Below, piece by piece: positions 24,913 to 38,950 of a DNA stretch of 64,000 nt. Source of the stretch: Paraspadella gotoi (Eukaryota > Animalia > Chaetognatha). The first letter of the stretch is position 1. Each line of letters starts with the position of its first letter. Made by a program: the position numbers and the translations under genes. Location of the stretch: positions 13,353,437-13,417,436 of the forward strand of contig CM119268.1 of NCBI GenBank assembly GCA_051294375.1, in the 5' to 3' direction. Below the pieces are notes generated by a model. That model searched no databases. It saw only the letters and a program-made list of their open reading frames with translations, and was not told the DNA's origin.

Positions 24913-25627
24913 CTCTTCTCGTCTCTCTAACGCTCTTATTTTCTGCTTAATATGTTTGTCTGTCCCAGGGCTAATCCGATGTCGCAAACAAGAGCGACTG
25001 GGGTGTGTCGAATCGAAAGTGATTCATCCCCAGAAATGTTTCGTTTTTGTCGTCGTCGTCGTCGTCGTTGTCGATTTTTTAGTCGATGTTGTCATCGCAA
25101 ATAACTTCAATAACTTATAGATAACTGGATGTAATATATTAGTAACTCTTATAAAAAATTGCAATCGGTCAATTTAAATTTATTGTATTGCTGATTTGCA
25201 ATTGTACGTAGGTTGTTATTGCCAATATTGCAAATAATGATTTTGACTAAATACTTCGATTTACACGCTTACAATTTTGAAAATATCCAATCACGTCACC
25301 ATAATAAAAATATTTTTTTCCATAGTTATCTCGTTACACTGCTATTCGATTGTAATATGTTAAAAAAAAGAAAATAACGCGAAAAAGAACCCAGAAAAGA
25401 AAAGAGTCGAGGTGGTTCTAAGGCTTTTAACTCCCTTTGTTTGTGTTCGCCGTTGATAATTGGTGGGAGTGGGGGTCGAGCCGAGATTTGTTAAGTGACT
25501 CGAATGTTGGTTACGCCCACTAATCGCCAGAGACGAAACTCAACCCTCGCTCGGAGACTCACCCAGTTCGAATCCTCTTTGGGAGGGACGGGAACAGAGA
25601 GAGAGAGAGAGAGAGAGAGAAGAGAGA

Positions 25628-25658
<31 letters not shown>

Positions 25659-25884
25659 AGATGTAGAGATGAGAGATAGAGAGCTTCAAACAGTGTCTTT
25701 GCAAATCCTTAAAGTATATCAAATAAAAGTAAAGAAAAGCATTTCCCTGAGAATTCGAGAAATAAGAGTTTTGAGAACTAAAAACTGTAAAACGAAACTT
25801 CCACTTCAGAAAACCAACAATACAACTAAAACGGCAAAGAAACTATACTTTATTACGTATAAAACATTTCAAAGTCAATTAATT

Positions 25885-25926
<42 letters not shown>

Positions 25927-27244
25927 GATTTCTCTCTCGTTCCCTCTCAAAACCGCGCCGTATTGACCGAAACAACAGAGAGAAAAAATAGAGAATTGAA
26001 AAGGGAGAAGAAATTCGAATTTGGGGAATGAATGACACCTGCGCAAATAACCCAGAGTTTCGCACATATGAACCCATTTTATATCCCGAAAGTATATTTG
26101 GACCCGAAAGTCGAATGGGATCGAATTTGATCAGGCGAAAAGAGTTTTTAGGCGACAACAACGACATCGGTGACTCGGGTTTGTGGTTCGGATTGGAAAT
26201 AGACGCTTTTGAAGTTTGAAGACGAGTTGTTAAATCAATCGCTTACTATTTGGTCACAGATTGCAGTCTCACAAAATGCGCAGGAACTAAAAAACAGTTT
26301 CTTGGGAAAGAAATTGGCGAAGAATTATGGAGGGATCGAGAGGCAACGATCTGGTTCGATACGATTAGCGGATTTGCTCGGGATTTGATCTCCTCGAAGG
26401 AATGAAATCACCGGCTTTTTAAATCCAACCGCGAATCGAGAATGAGAAAACTGTTTTAATGAATTCAGTTACTAAACTTATAAATTAAAAAAAATTGTCC
26501 GTTAGCGCTATTGTGATTAATAGGGTTTTTGTTTTAAATTAGGAATTACCACATATTTATTGTTATATTGGTTGTACCAATTTCATATTGTTTAACAGAG
26601 GAAAAAATCAAGGTTTTATTTCTACCCTCTTCACAATTTGCCCTTTTCTTTGTATTAGAATTAAAAGATTTACTCGGGAAGATGAAATTTTTTTTAGACT
26701 AGAACCCGAATTCTATTTACAATCTCATCTCATCTTTGTCTCTCTCTCTCTCTCTCTCGATTTGAATTTTTCCGCCAAAATCCGCAGCGGCCCCGGTCGG
26801 CGATAGCCGTCGTTCCAGCGCCATCTCGCCGCCAACGGGGATCACGTGGGAGGTTCGATCCGCCAACAAAAGGTAAATAAAAAAGGATTAACGGAGAAAA
26901 GAAAGAAAAAAGAACAAATAAAAAAGTAAGGACGTTGTAAATAGTGAAAGGAAAGAAAAAGAGTAAAATATTTTTTTAGGAACTACTTATTACCTAAAAT
27001 CCAGGCTCACCATTTTAGGTTGGGAATTATCTTTTTTAAAGAATATTTATTACTTAGTTTAACAGCATTGTGAAAGCAATACAAAGATATATTTACCACG
27101 TTCCATTAGTGGCTTTTTAGTGATTCTAAGAGATCTAACAATGCTTTAGAGTTTAAACTAAAAGTTTCTTTTACAAAGGACGACTCCAAGATGACGATTC
27201 GTCGGACCAAATTGAGGACCCGACAAGACATAACATGACATTGT

Positions 27245-29206
<1,962 letters not shown>

Positions 29207-29562
29207 GGTCTTTGACTTATGTGATTGAAAAAAAGTTAAGACGAAAAAGCAGGTTGTTTACAGAAAGGAAAAAAAAATATTTTGGGTGGTGGAAATTCGT
29301 AAGGCTGCTAATTTCAAACTGACGCGACAACTTTTTGGAGGGAAGATCCAGAAATTTAAATAATTACCCCCTTTAAGCGACAACTGTTGCCAATTTATAG
29401 ATTTTTGCATTCTTATTAAAAAATACGATTCATGAATGCTTCTATTTGTGTGGCACAACTATTATTTGGCGTTATCTAAGATTTATGAAAATCGATTTGA
29501 ATGAATAGTTTGACTACTATACAGTATCGTTACATATTTATATTTATTTCTTCCCATGAAGT

Positions 29563-30802
29563 TAAGGGGTGAACATAGGCAAAGATATTTTCTTAAATAG
29601 GTAATAGACAATTTTTTGGTTTACCTAGTAGTTAACTGAATAAAAGTAGGCAATTTTTAATTGAGGAAAATATCTTTAAAACTAAGATATAACTGATAAA
29701 CTTATGATCTAATTTGCTAAGATTTAAAAGGGAAAGGTTATCTTTAATAATTTGAAGCCAAATGATATCAAATTAAATATTGTAGTCTAATTGTATTCAA
29801 TTGTAGTTTAACCTTGTGTTGTATATATGCTCCCTCTATTTCTAGAAGACAACACTGACCTCCCCCTCCCAAAATGAGTTATTAGATATAATTAGCAAAT
29901 AATATTTTTAAAAAGTAATATATATATAATTAAATAATATAGTTTAAATAGTAAAGCATTCATAAAATATAAAAATATAGGATAGTGAAACATGTAATTT
30001 TGCAGGGGTTGGAGTCTATAATATAGTTGTTTTTAATTAAGATAAACATTTTTCAGTATGTTCAAGAATGTCATTTTTTACTTTGAGTTAAAATCTTTGT
30101 TAATGATGAAAAAAGAGAAGGAAAATTTTTTTAGATTTTTTTTATTTGAAAATCATATCCATAGTATATTTACTTTCCATATCGATCTCGAATTTTTAAA
30201 TATAATCAGCTAGGGAGGTATTGAGTAATCCATATCATATTCTGCAAAGAACTCTAATGAGCTTTGACATTCTAAATAAGATACAAAACATTTTTGGGCG
30301 ACTTGAGTCTTGTGTACATTTTTATATCATCTTTGATCGAGGTTTTAATCTTGTCAATCATATCAGGATACAACTGAATACGTTACATTGCAAATCTCTT
30401 GAAATGTATGCATTTTTATTGTTATTACTAATTTCTTTATTATCTGTCAATTTTTTTATTTATCAATGAATTAATCTTCTTTAATAATTTTATTAGTTTT
30501 GGGTCTGGTAGTAGCCAAGTAGTTTACATACTTAATGCTGATACTCATATTGCATGCCATCTGGATAAAGTATTTTTGGGCTTAAAATATAGTAATAACA
30601 AATTTAAAATATAGTTGATAACGAAATTAAAACAATAAAAGAAAATATATTGTTTTATTTATCTTTAAAAATAAATATAAGCAAAATATTTTGATTCAGA
30701 AATTGCCTATCTTAATTAAGAAAAATCATTTCTTTACCTAGGCAATTTCAGTAACACTTTGCTCAGTTAATCAGGCAAAATATTACCTAAGTTCACCCCT
30801 TA
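29563..30802. mobile_element. Decayed TIR DNA transposon relic (~1.24 kb), possibly Kolobok-like
   Basis: Left end TTAA|GGGGTGAACATAGGCAAAGATATTTT and right end AAAATATTACCTAAGTTCACCCC|TTAC are inverted repeats. Subterminal TAGGYAAT motifs at both ends; AT-rich interior with stop-interrupted coding-like sequence at ~30230-30420 (-). Confidence 0.65.
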
Positions 30803-32276
30803 CATAAAGTACGTACGTTGGCATCGAACAAGTCCAGAACAAACCGCGTACGAATTTGTTCCAAGCTGATAAAATTCATTCTTTTTGCTTCTTTAAAATT
30901 TAAATGAGAGAAAAATCTCCAGCAAATTTGCAACAGACAGACGGACTGGGTATTCGATCGAAATTAAATTCGGCGTCAATGTTTTCTCTATTTATACGCC
31001 GAATTTTCTTGGCGGAGGAAGACGTTCGAGAATATGAGGGAACAAGAAAAAAAATCTTGTTTTTAAATACGATTCTAAAGGGGGGTTAGATTTTCGGCTA
31101 TTTTTACAGAGTAGAAGAATGCAAAGGACTCGTTTGTATATGGTAATTAAATCCAGTAACCTTTAGTCCGACATACGCGGGGAAGGTTTCGTGTGGGTGA
31201 GATCGACGAGGCGCTGCTTTTTGAAGTTACGCGTTCGATACTCAGCATTTGTAATTGTACATATCGCAATCCGACAAGAAAAACAGACAAAGTTGTTCTG
31301 CGCTAAATAGTAAATACTCCCTTTTAACTCGTAAGATGTCGACTAAAACGTTAAATGCTGCAATCCACAACTTTAACGTAAACTTTGCCCCGTATCTAAC
31401 TCAGTTTTCTTTTCTTCAACCAACAATAACGACTTTTAAACTAAACTTACTGGAACCTGTCTTGTCAAAGCTTAATCGATGGTCTCTCAACGGACAAAGC
31501 TGGGACTAAGGCATTCCGCATTGTTTTCCTCTCAGAATCGTGTTCTAGATTTTCAAGCTCGATCTATCAAAGTTGTCAATCGATGTTGTCGTTGCGGAGG
31601 TAAGCTCGGCCTCTCCTTACCTACGCCGCCTCCCGAGATCGATTTTTAAAAATCGAGCAGAAAAACATCGAAAAACTTGTGGATTTCGACCTTCGAGTCT
31701 CTCGTCCTCACCTCCTCCAGTCATCCTCACCCGATTGTTTGAATTCGGTCGAAACCGTTTACAATTATCGTCGCCNNNNNNNNNNCTATCGTTTAATTTG
31801 TCTTCTCTGTCTCTTTGTCTCTGCCAAAAAGGGTGAGGAAAAGGGGGGGGGTGGAAAAGAAGATCTGCAGCAATTACCTCATGGATTCATAGACGACTAA
31901 GAATAATAAGAATACTAATTAAAAACTTATAAAGTTTTGATGTTTTGAGAATCAAGTAAAAACAATGAATACAACCAAGCATTGATCAAATTAACAGAAC
32001 CCGTGCTTGAGCATTTAATAAACTGACAACTTAAACTTAAAAAAAGTCTTTAAAATATTCAATTGATTGAAACTCGGTGGGTATCGGCGACGTCGTCTCG
32101 ATGGGTGCTCCCTTACCCGCAGCGAGACTTACCTTCTCATTTCTACGTCACAGTCGTCGTCGTCGCCAGCGTCGTCGTCGGCCTTATCTTTGTTTTGGTC
32201 CGTCGTCGTCGAATCGTCGCTCGTTCGCCTTTGAAGGAACGGTAAGGTTCGTCTCGGAGCGGCGAAGCGTGTGAGA

Positions 32277-32305
32277 AGTCACGTGACGTCACAGGTATCA
32301 CGTGT
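32277..32305. promoter_or_regulatory. E-box/CRE composite, possible (bidirectional) promoter
   Basis: AGTCACGTGACGTCACAGGTATCACGTG next to a CpG-rich segment with minus-strand GTAAG donors (~32112, ~32128) that could be the non-coding first exon of the OPRT-like gene. Confidence 0.4.
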
Positions 32306-33587
32306 GCCATTAACTACGCTGGAAAAGTCAACACTATATAATAATAAAAGACAATGGAGTAGATGGAAGGCTTTAGAACGCAACGACTGTGGACAAAAAC
32401 TAAGAAGTTGCTGTTTTTATTTCGTCAAATATAAAGAATGTGAAACCAAATTCCTCCAAAATGACGGTCCGCTAATCTGTGTTGCCTTTCGCACACTTTT
32501 TTTTTTCGTTTCGATAAAACAAACATATTTTGGAGCGTTTGAGGTCTCCCATGATACAGCTTACAGAAACGATTAAAATAGAATCTTATATGTAAACGTG
32601 TAGACTGTAGAAGCCTTTTATTCGGAAATTATTTTAATATTTTTTTTCGCTATACAGTATACTTTATTAGGAATACCTTTTATGAAATTGGTACAACCAA
32701 TATAAAAATTATCCATTCATTTAATAAATAAGCTATCTTGCCCCTGACTTTGGACAGGCTTTGGTGGTTTAAGGCCTCCAACACTTCGTTTAGTTTTGAG
32801 TTGCGCCGCGAGTAATCGCGGAGCAACTCATTAAGTAACTTTTCGGTCGGGGATCGGTTGATCGGGAGGTAAGTTAGTCTGTCTTAAATGTTTTAAATCT
32901 TTACAAGTCGGGTAATATATCATCAATTAACTTCATATTTCGTAAAAGGGTAAGGTAACACGAAGCCTTTAATATAAATAAGTAACATACTTATTACTTA
33001 TACAATTATACGATCGCCCAAAAACGATATAGCATAAGCAAATAATATTAAATTAATACTTTACAAATAAGTAATCAACCATAAAACGCCAATTGTGCAT
33101 ATATTTCATATTAGTGTAGTCACGTGATTATCGGGAAATGCGTCCAGGAAAGGAAATAACTGCGGCGCAACACCTTGAACTTGTCGGTTCTTCTTATTCT
33201 GTTCTTGTTACTGTTAAAAGTCAGCAAGACAAATACTTTTTTGGAATTGAATGTCGGTTACAAATGAGCCGATTTTCTTTTTAGGAAGGTTCGAAATAAA
33301 ATAAAAAACAGAATCAAGAGTATTTAATGTTTTAAATAACAAAACAAACAAAACAAAATATGTTTACATCTCACTTGCCATTCCCTTAACCTCACCTACT
33401 TAGATCCTTACCCTTTCACGACCCTGGGAAAGAGGTTCGATATTCGATAATAATCCTCCCGAAGATTTACTCAAACAGGTCAGTTAATCTATAAAATTCC
33501 GTAATAGCCGCATTTTCTTGTTGCTTCCAAAAACAATTAACAAATAAATAAATCCATCCAAATGGTACATATTATACATTAAAACGT

Positions 33588-34178
33588 GATAAATAATAAA
33601 TAAATAAATAAATACAAAAATAAATAAATAAATACAAAAATAATAAATAAATACAAAAAATAAATAAATAAATACAAAAAATAAATAAATAAAAAATAAA
33701 TAAATAAATACAAAAATAAATAAATATAATACAAAAATAAAAAATAAATACAAAATACAAAATAATAATAAATACAAAAAAAATAAATAAATACAAAAAT
33801 AAATAAATAAATACAAAAATAAATAAATAAATACAAAAAATAATAAATACAAAATAAATAAAATACAAAATAATAAATAAAATACAAAATAAATAAATAA
33901 ATACAAAAATAAATAAATATAAATACAAAAATAAAATAAATAAATACAAAAATAAATAAATAAATAAAAATACAATAAATAAATTCACAAAATATAAATA
34001 AATACAAAAATAAATAAATACAAAAATAAATAAATACAAAAATAAATAATAAGATAAAATAAATAAATACAAAAAGTAAATAAATACAAAAATAAATAAA
34101 TACAAAAATAAATAAATAACAAAAATAAATAAATAACAAAAATAAATAAATACAAAAATAGAAAAATAGAAAAATACA
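33588..34178. repeat. AT-rich compound satellite (AAAT)n/AAATACAAA
   Basis: ~590 bp of degenerate ~20-bp units TACAAAAATAAATAAATAAA; source of the spurious F/I/Y/L ORFs. Confidence 0.95.
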
Positions 34179-34535
34179 TTGTCTCGATATTCGGCTTGAC
34201 ACTTTTTTCGCAGCTAGATTCGCGCCAGTCTTTCGATTTTGATGCAAATCTTTCGGATTAAGAGGCGACGTTGGTCTCACTGTGATAAGCCGTGATTCAT
34301 GCATAGTCACCACCGCAACCACTGATCCCGGCTTCGTCGTCGTCGTCTTCCCCGTGAAATGACAGACACGCAGCGGGGTTAACTTTCCAAGTCTACAAGG
34401 CTCACAATTCGTTCACATTTCTGGTATCTAATGATCGACCTTGGCGCCTTCAGAGGTGTGTCTTAGATCCTTCAAGTTTCTATTTTTGTTTGATACGAAT
34501 CGACGTACCGTGGTACGGTAAAAAAATTAGAAAAG

Positions 34536-34583
<48 letters not shown>

Positions 34584-35664
34584 CACTAAAAAAATCCCGA
34601 TGTTTGCTAGATTTCATTTAACGCGAGGTGAATCTTCAAAGAGAGCGGTAAACTTGAAAAAATCCTCTTCTAAACCGAATTTCGTGTTTTTCTCCGTTTT
34701 TTTCTTTAAGAGTTGTCATCTTGTTTCAAAGGATTAAATTGAAAGAAGAGAATGGTGAAAGAGAGTAAAGTTTAGACGGACCACCCTCAAAAAATTGACT
34801 AGCGGGGGTAATGAGAACAAACAAAACCGGAATAGACGAAAGTTAATACTAGCTAATAGTTGTCAGCTAATACATTGGGAGAGTCGATGAACTTCAGAAA
34901 ACATATGAAAAACCAAAATAAGTGTAAAAGAATAAAAATGTAAGTCGTCACACAAATGTTTGAAAACTGTTTCATGTTTAAGAATTTAATGGCCTCGTTT
35001 TTAGCGCATCTCTTCGCAAACATTCCGAGAGATAAAGGATGAAAAGGTTGCACAGAAATAAGGAATTCTTCTTGAAATTTCTCTGACGCTCTTGGGTAAA
35101 CACTTTTTGTTTGAAACCGCGAAGGGTCGGCGATTTGGCGCTAAACGATAAATGTTAGATAATTCCTTCTAATTCAAATGCAGCTGTTTGAATGGCTTGA
35201 TCAAAAATTTTTGTTTAAAACCATTTTCATTCAACTGATTACTTATAGTATTAAAAGCATTTTTTTATGTATCCGAAGAAAACTTTTCTTTATTTAATGC
35301 GCCAGGCTCTGTTTTTTTCTTTTTTTTCTCCTGGAGATCAATAACATTATTTTAACACACAAAACAAAGTTACATAACTGTTTGTGGTTCTAAAAATCGT
35401 AAATTATCATAGCAAATTAACAAAGAAGGAAAATAATAAACGGGTCATCAGTAACACATTTTTTCCCATAATTTTATCCTCAAGTTACAAGTTAAATGTT
35501 CAAAGTTTAATATTTAAAGTCAAACTTTTAATTTTATTTTTAAAAACGTTGCTATTTTGTTAAATTTGTTGGTCATGAGAGTACCGAGCGACGTGAGCGC
35601 CTCTTCCGAAGAGCCGGCTCAAACTCACAGGCTTCTCAGCTTCTAAACAATTACTTAAACAGCG

Positions 35665-35779
35665 TGGGATTCCTTTTTTCTTCTTTATTCCTCTCTTCTT
35701 TAAATTTTTTTCGCTGGTGGCTGTTGATTAGCGACGAATATTCTGAACAAGGAGTTCGAATCTCTCGTCGGGCTCAAAC
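35665..35779 (+). promoter_or_regulatory. Putative TSS region and non-coding first exon for the RSL1D1/p23 locus
   Basis: Pyrimidine-rich TCT-initiator-like starts (ttccttttttc at ~35670, ttcctctcttc at ~35688), strong donor AAC|GTGAGT at 35780, and acceptor ctctag| at 36093, 14 nt before the RSL1D1 ATG. Confidence 0.5.
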
Positions 35780-36107
35780 GTGAGTCTTTGCAAATAAATT
35801 CTCGATTTTCGAACCAACCAAGCGCTCTACAATGCTGAACTATTTCACTCGTGAAGGAAATCTTGCAGTTGCACTCAACATATTTTTCGCTTGGGTCCTC
35901 GTTCAGTCAGGAATGATAATCTTTTATATTCGATGTTCGATGTTTAACAATTTTGATTAAGACATTGAAATTATTTGGAATTGTTAGAAATATTATCACG
36001 TTTGGCCATTTGCAATTCTACCATTTCTTGGTGACTAATTTTCGTACTATCGTTATTATTACTTACAATAAATGTATCTACTAGTTTCTCTAGAACCCGA
36101 TTTCAAA

Positions 36108-37871
36108 ATGAATCCGGAAAAAGACTCGGAACAAATCCCCCCAGCATCTCATCGCCTCGATCCCGCCCAAGTCCTCAAAGCCACCGAGGGCCTCCTTCAA
36201 ATCGCCGCCGACGGCGCCAAAAAGTCGCGTCTCCTCGACGGCGTCGTCAACGTCAACCTCCAATTCAATATGAAAAAGATCGCGTCGGGGAAGAACAAAC
36301 GCTTCTCCGTCAAGGTTCCCCACTCGCTCGTCACCGACGACACCGACGTCTGTTTATTCGTTAAGGACGTCCACAAGGAGGCAGATGATCGCGAGAACAA
36401 TCGTGACTACGAACCCTCTGTTCGGCATTTCAAGAAGGTGAGGAGTCTCGTGTTAGCCAAACTGCGATTTGTATCAGCTACCTTTTTATTTCCGGGAACT
36501 ACAAATTGGAATTCGGTGTTGAAGTCTTAACTTTCAATTCTATCTCCATATTCTAAACCTAATCCTCGTGTCGATTTATACTCAACCCTTTTTTTTCAGG
36601 TGGTCGCGGACGCTGGCGTGAAAGGGCTACGCATTGAAGAAGTCATTCCTATCATCCGGTTGAAGCGAGAGTTCAAAGAGTTCGAGACGCAGCGAAAGTT
36701 GTGCGACAGCTATGACCTCTTTCTCGCCGACGACCGTATCTTCAAGTTTCTGCCCCGACTCCTCGGAAAGTCCTTTTATAAAAAGCGCAAGTTGCCAGTC
36801 AGCGTTAAACTGGGGCACGATCGCGTTGCGTCGAGCCTCGAGCGCGTCCTCAATTCAACTCACGGCCTCTTGGCGGGCAAAGGTTCGTCGGAGAACGTTC
36901 GCGTCGGCCACACTGGGCTCACGGCCGCGCAAATTGCGGATAACGTTGTGGCCGTCGTCGAGCACCTCGCCGCCTGGGTCGTCGTCGGAGGCTGGAACAA
37001 TTTGCGAAGTCTTTACTTGACGACGACGGATACGACGGCCGTTCCTATTTACTTGTCAATGACGTCGGGAGACGAGGTTGAGCTCCCGCCCGAAGAACGT
37101 CGGGGTCGGAAACTCGTTGCCAAAGGAGACCCTGGACTCGTCGGAGACGGGGAAGACGATGGTGACGATGAAGGCGACGTTGAAGTCTACGACGATGGAT
37201 CGATTAAGGTTGCGGGAGAACCGATGGCGAAGAGACCCAAGTTAAATGGAAAGAGATCTCCCAGGAAGGCTCCGCTCAGTGCGGGGAAGAAAGGCGCTAA
37301 AAAAGGAGGAGGAGGAAAGGGTGTTAAACAAAAGAAGAAAGAAGAAAACTCGCAAGGGTTGAAAAATAAGGATGGCCAAGCAAAGAACGTTGGAGAAACA
37401 AAAGGGGACTCCGACGAAAAAGGCGTAAAAGCTAAAATGGGGAGGAAAAGGAGAGCCAAGGGAAAAAATAAGGCTAAAGGGGTTGAAAAAGAAGTCGTTG
37501 GTAATGATGACGAAGTTAATAGGGGAAGCGAAATTAAGGGTGACGGTCCTAAGTCGAAGAAAAGAACGCATAGCGAAAACGAGACAGAGCAGAAGGAAGA
37601 GAAGGAGCAAACCGACGTCGGTGAAAAGCCAAGTTCGAAAAAGAGAAAGTCGGTCGTCGACGTAGAGAAACTCGCGCAAGAAACTGACAATTCTCCTTCG
37701 AAAAAGTCACCTAAAGCCGCCAAGAAGGCTGCTTTGAAAACTTCGCCGACAAAAGCGTCACCGAAGACCTCGTCGAAATCGTTGACAAGCGCGTCTTCCC
37801 CGAAAGTGGACAATCCCTCACCGAACGCCTCTCAAAAGGGGCCGCTAAACAAGAGACCGAGATTAGCTTAA
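36108..37871 (+). CDS. RSL1D1: Ribosomal L1 domain-containing protein 1 (RSL1D1/CSIG/Cic1-Utp30 family). Exons 36108-36437 and 36600-37871; 533 aa
   Basis: VKVPHSLVTDDTDVCLFVKD, LKREFKEFETQRKLCDSYDLFLADDRIFKFLPRLLGKSFYKKRKLPVSV, VRVGHTGLTAAQIADNV, GGWNNLRSLYLTT..AVPIY, then a long Lys-rich tail. Phase-0 GT-AG intron. Confidence 0.93.
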
Positions 37872-38030
37872 AGTTTAAACTTTGGGTCGTTCTCAACTGT
37901 TGTCGTCTTCTCTTTTTTTTTTACCATGTTTCGTTTCTTTTTATGATGGAATCAGATTTCGGGTTTGTTTATACAGAAAGTTAATGTTTAAAATTTGTTT
38001 TTTTCCAGTTTTTGTGTCCCGTATTGCGAT

Positions 38031-38036
38031 AATAAA
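38031..38036 (+). terminator. Poly(A) signal for RSL1D1
   Basis: AATAAA 160 nt after the RSL1D1 stop; the only canonical signal before the p23 ATG. Confidence 0.55.
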
Positions 38037-38096
38037 AAGAAACCTCAGATTCCTTGCGACGAAAGTAATTAAATCAGAAACTTGTAATCTCTCAAC

Positions 38097-38950
38097 ATGG
38101 CGAACGAAGGTAAAAACCCGATGCAGGCGACCTGCTGTTGGTCGCAGCGGGAAGATCACCTCCTCATCACCGTCCAGGTGGAAGGCTGCGCCAAGCCGGA
38201 CATCAAGATCACGAAGGACAAATTGTCCTTCAACGGCGTAGGAAAAATCGGCAAAGTCGACCAGTCTTACCAGATGGAATTTGACTTCCTGCATCCCGTC
38301 ATCCCGGCGGAAACGAAAAAGACGGAACCTCTCTCCACGCGGTTCATCGTCCTCAAGGTCATCAAGGAGGAGAAGAAGTATTGGACTAAGCTGTCCAAAG
38401 AAAAGGTAAATGAGTTTTGTGACCCCTGACCCTTGTACGAGTTTCTTATATTCTTAATGGTGTAATTTATATTTAAGGTGAACTGGATCAAAGTAGACTT
38501 CAACAATTGGCGCGACGAGGACGAATCGGACGAGGAGGACAACAAGACGCAGGATTTGGAAAAGATGATGTCGCAGATGGGAGGATTCGGTGGAGGCGGG
38601 GATTTCGGAGGTGAGCATGAATTGGGTTTTTGGCGAATTGAATACAGTCGATAAATATATTAATGCTTTTTCGTTTCGCTTGTATATAAGAAACATTGTG
38701 AAAACTATTTGGCAGAGATTTAGTAAATAAAATTGCTTTTAGAATTTTATGCACTCGATTCTAAACTTTTCAGCTAATTACGTTGTATAGTTTGGCATTG
38801 CTTAAATTTCTTCAACAATCTTAAAACTTATATTATAACCACTCTTCCTTCTCACCCTCTATCCCAGGCATGGACTTTGGTAGTGGCGCCGCCCCCGACT
38901 CAGACGACGAAGCGGACAGCGACGATGAAAAGATGCCAGATTTGGAATGA
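38097..38950 (+). CDS. PTGES3: Hsp90 co-chaperone p23 / prostaglandin E synthase 3 homolog. Exons 38097-38405, 38478-38610, 38868-38950; 174 aa
   Basis: CS domain WSQREDHLLITV...YWTKLSKEK/VNWIKVDFNNWRDEDESD, a GGFGG segment, and C-terminus DSDDEKMPDLE*. Phases consistent (525 nt). Confidence 0.95.

Noticed and set aside
25440-25590. Pol III B-box (GTTCGAATCC), possible tRNA or SINE
   Set aside because: No cloverleaf, no properly spaced A-box and no second copy in the window.
33484-34322. Long hydrophobic F/I/Y/L ORFs resembling membrane proteins
   Set aside because: Read-through of the AAAT satellite.
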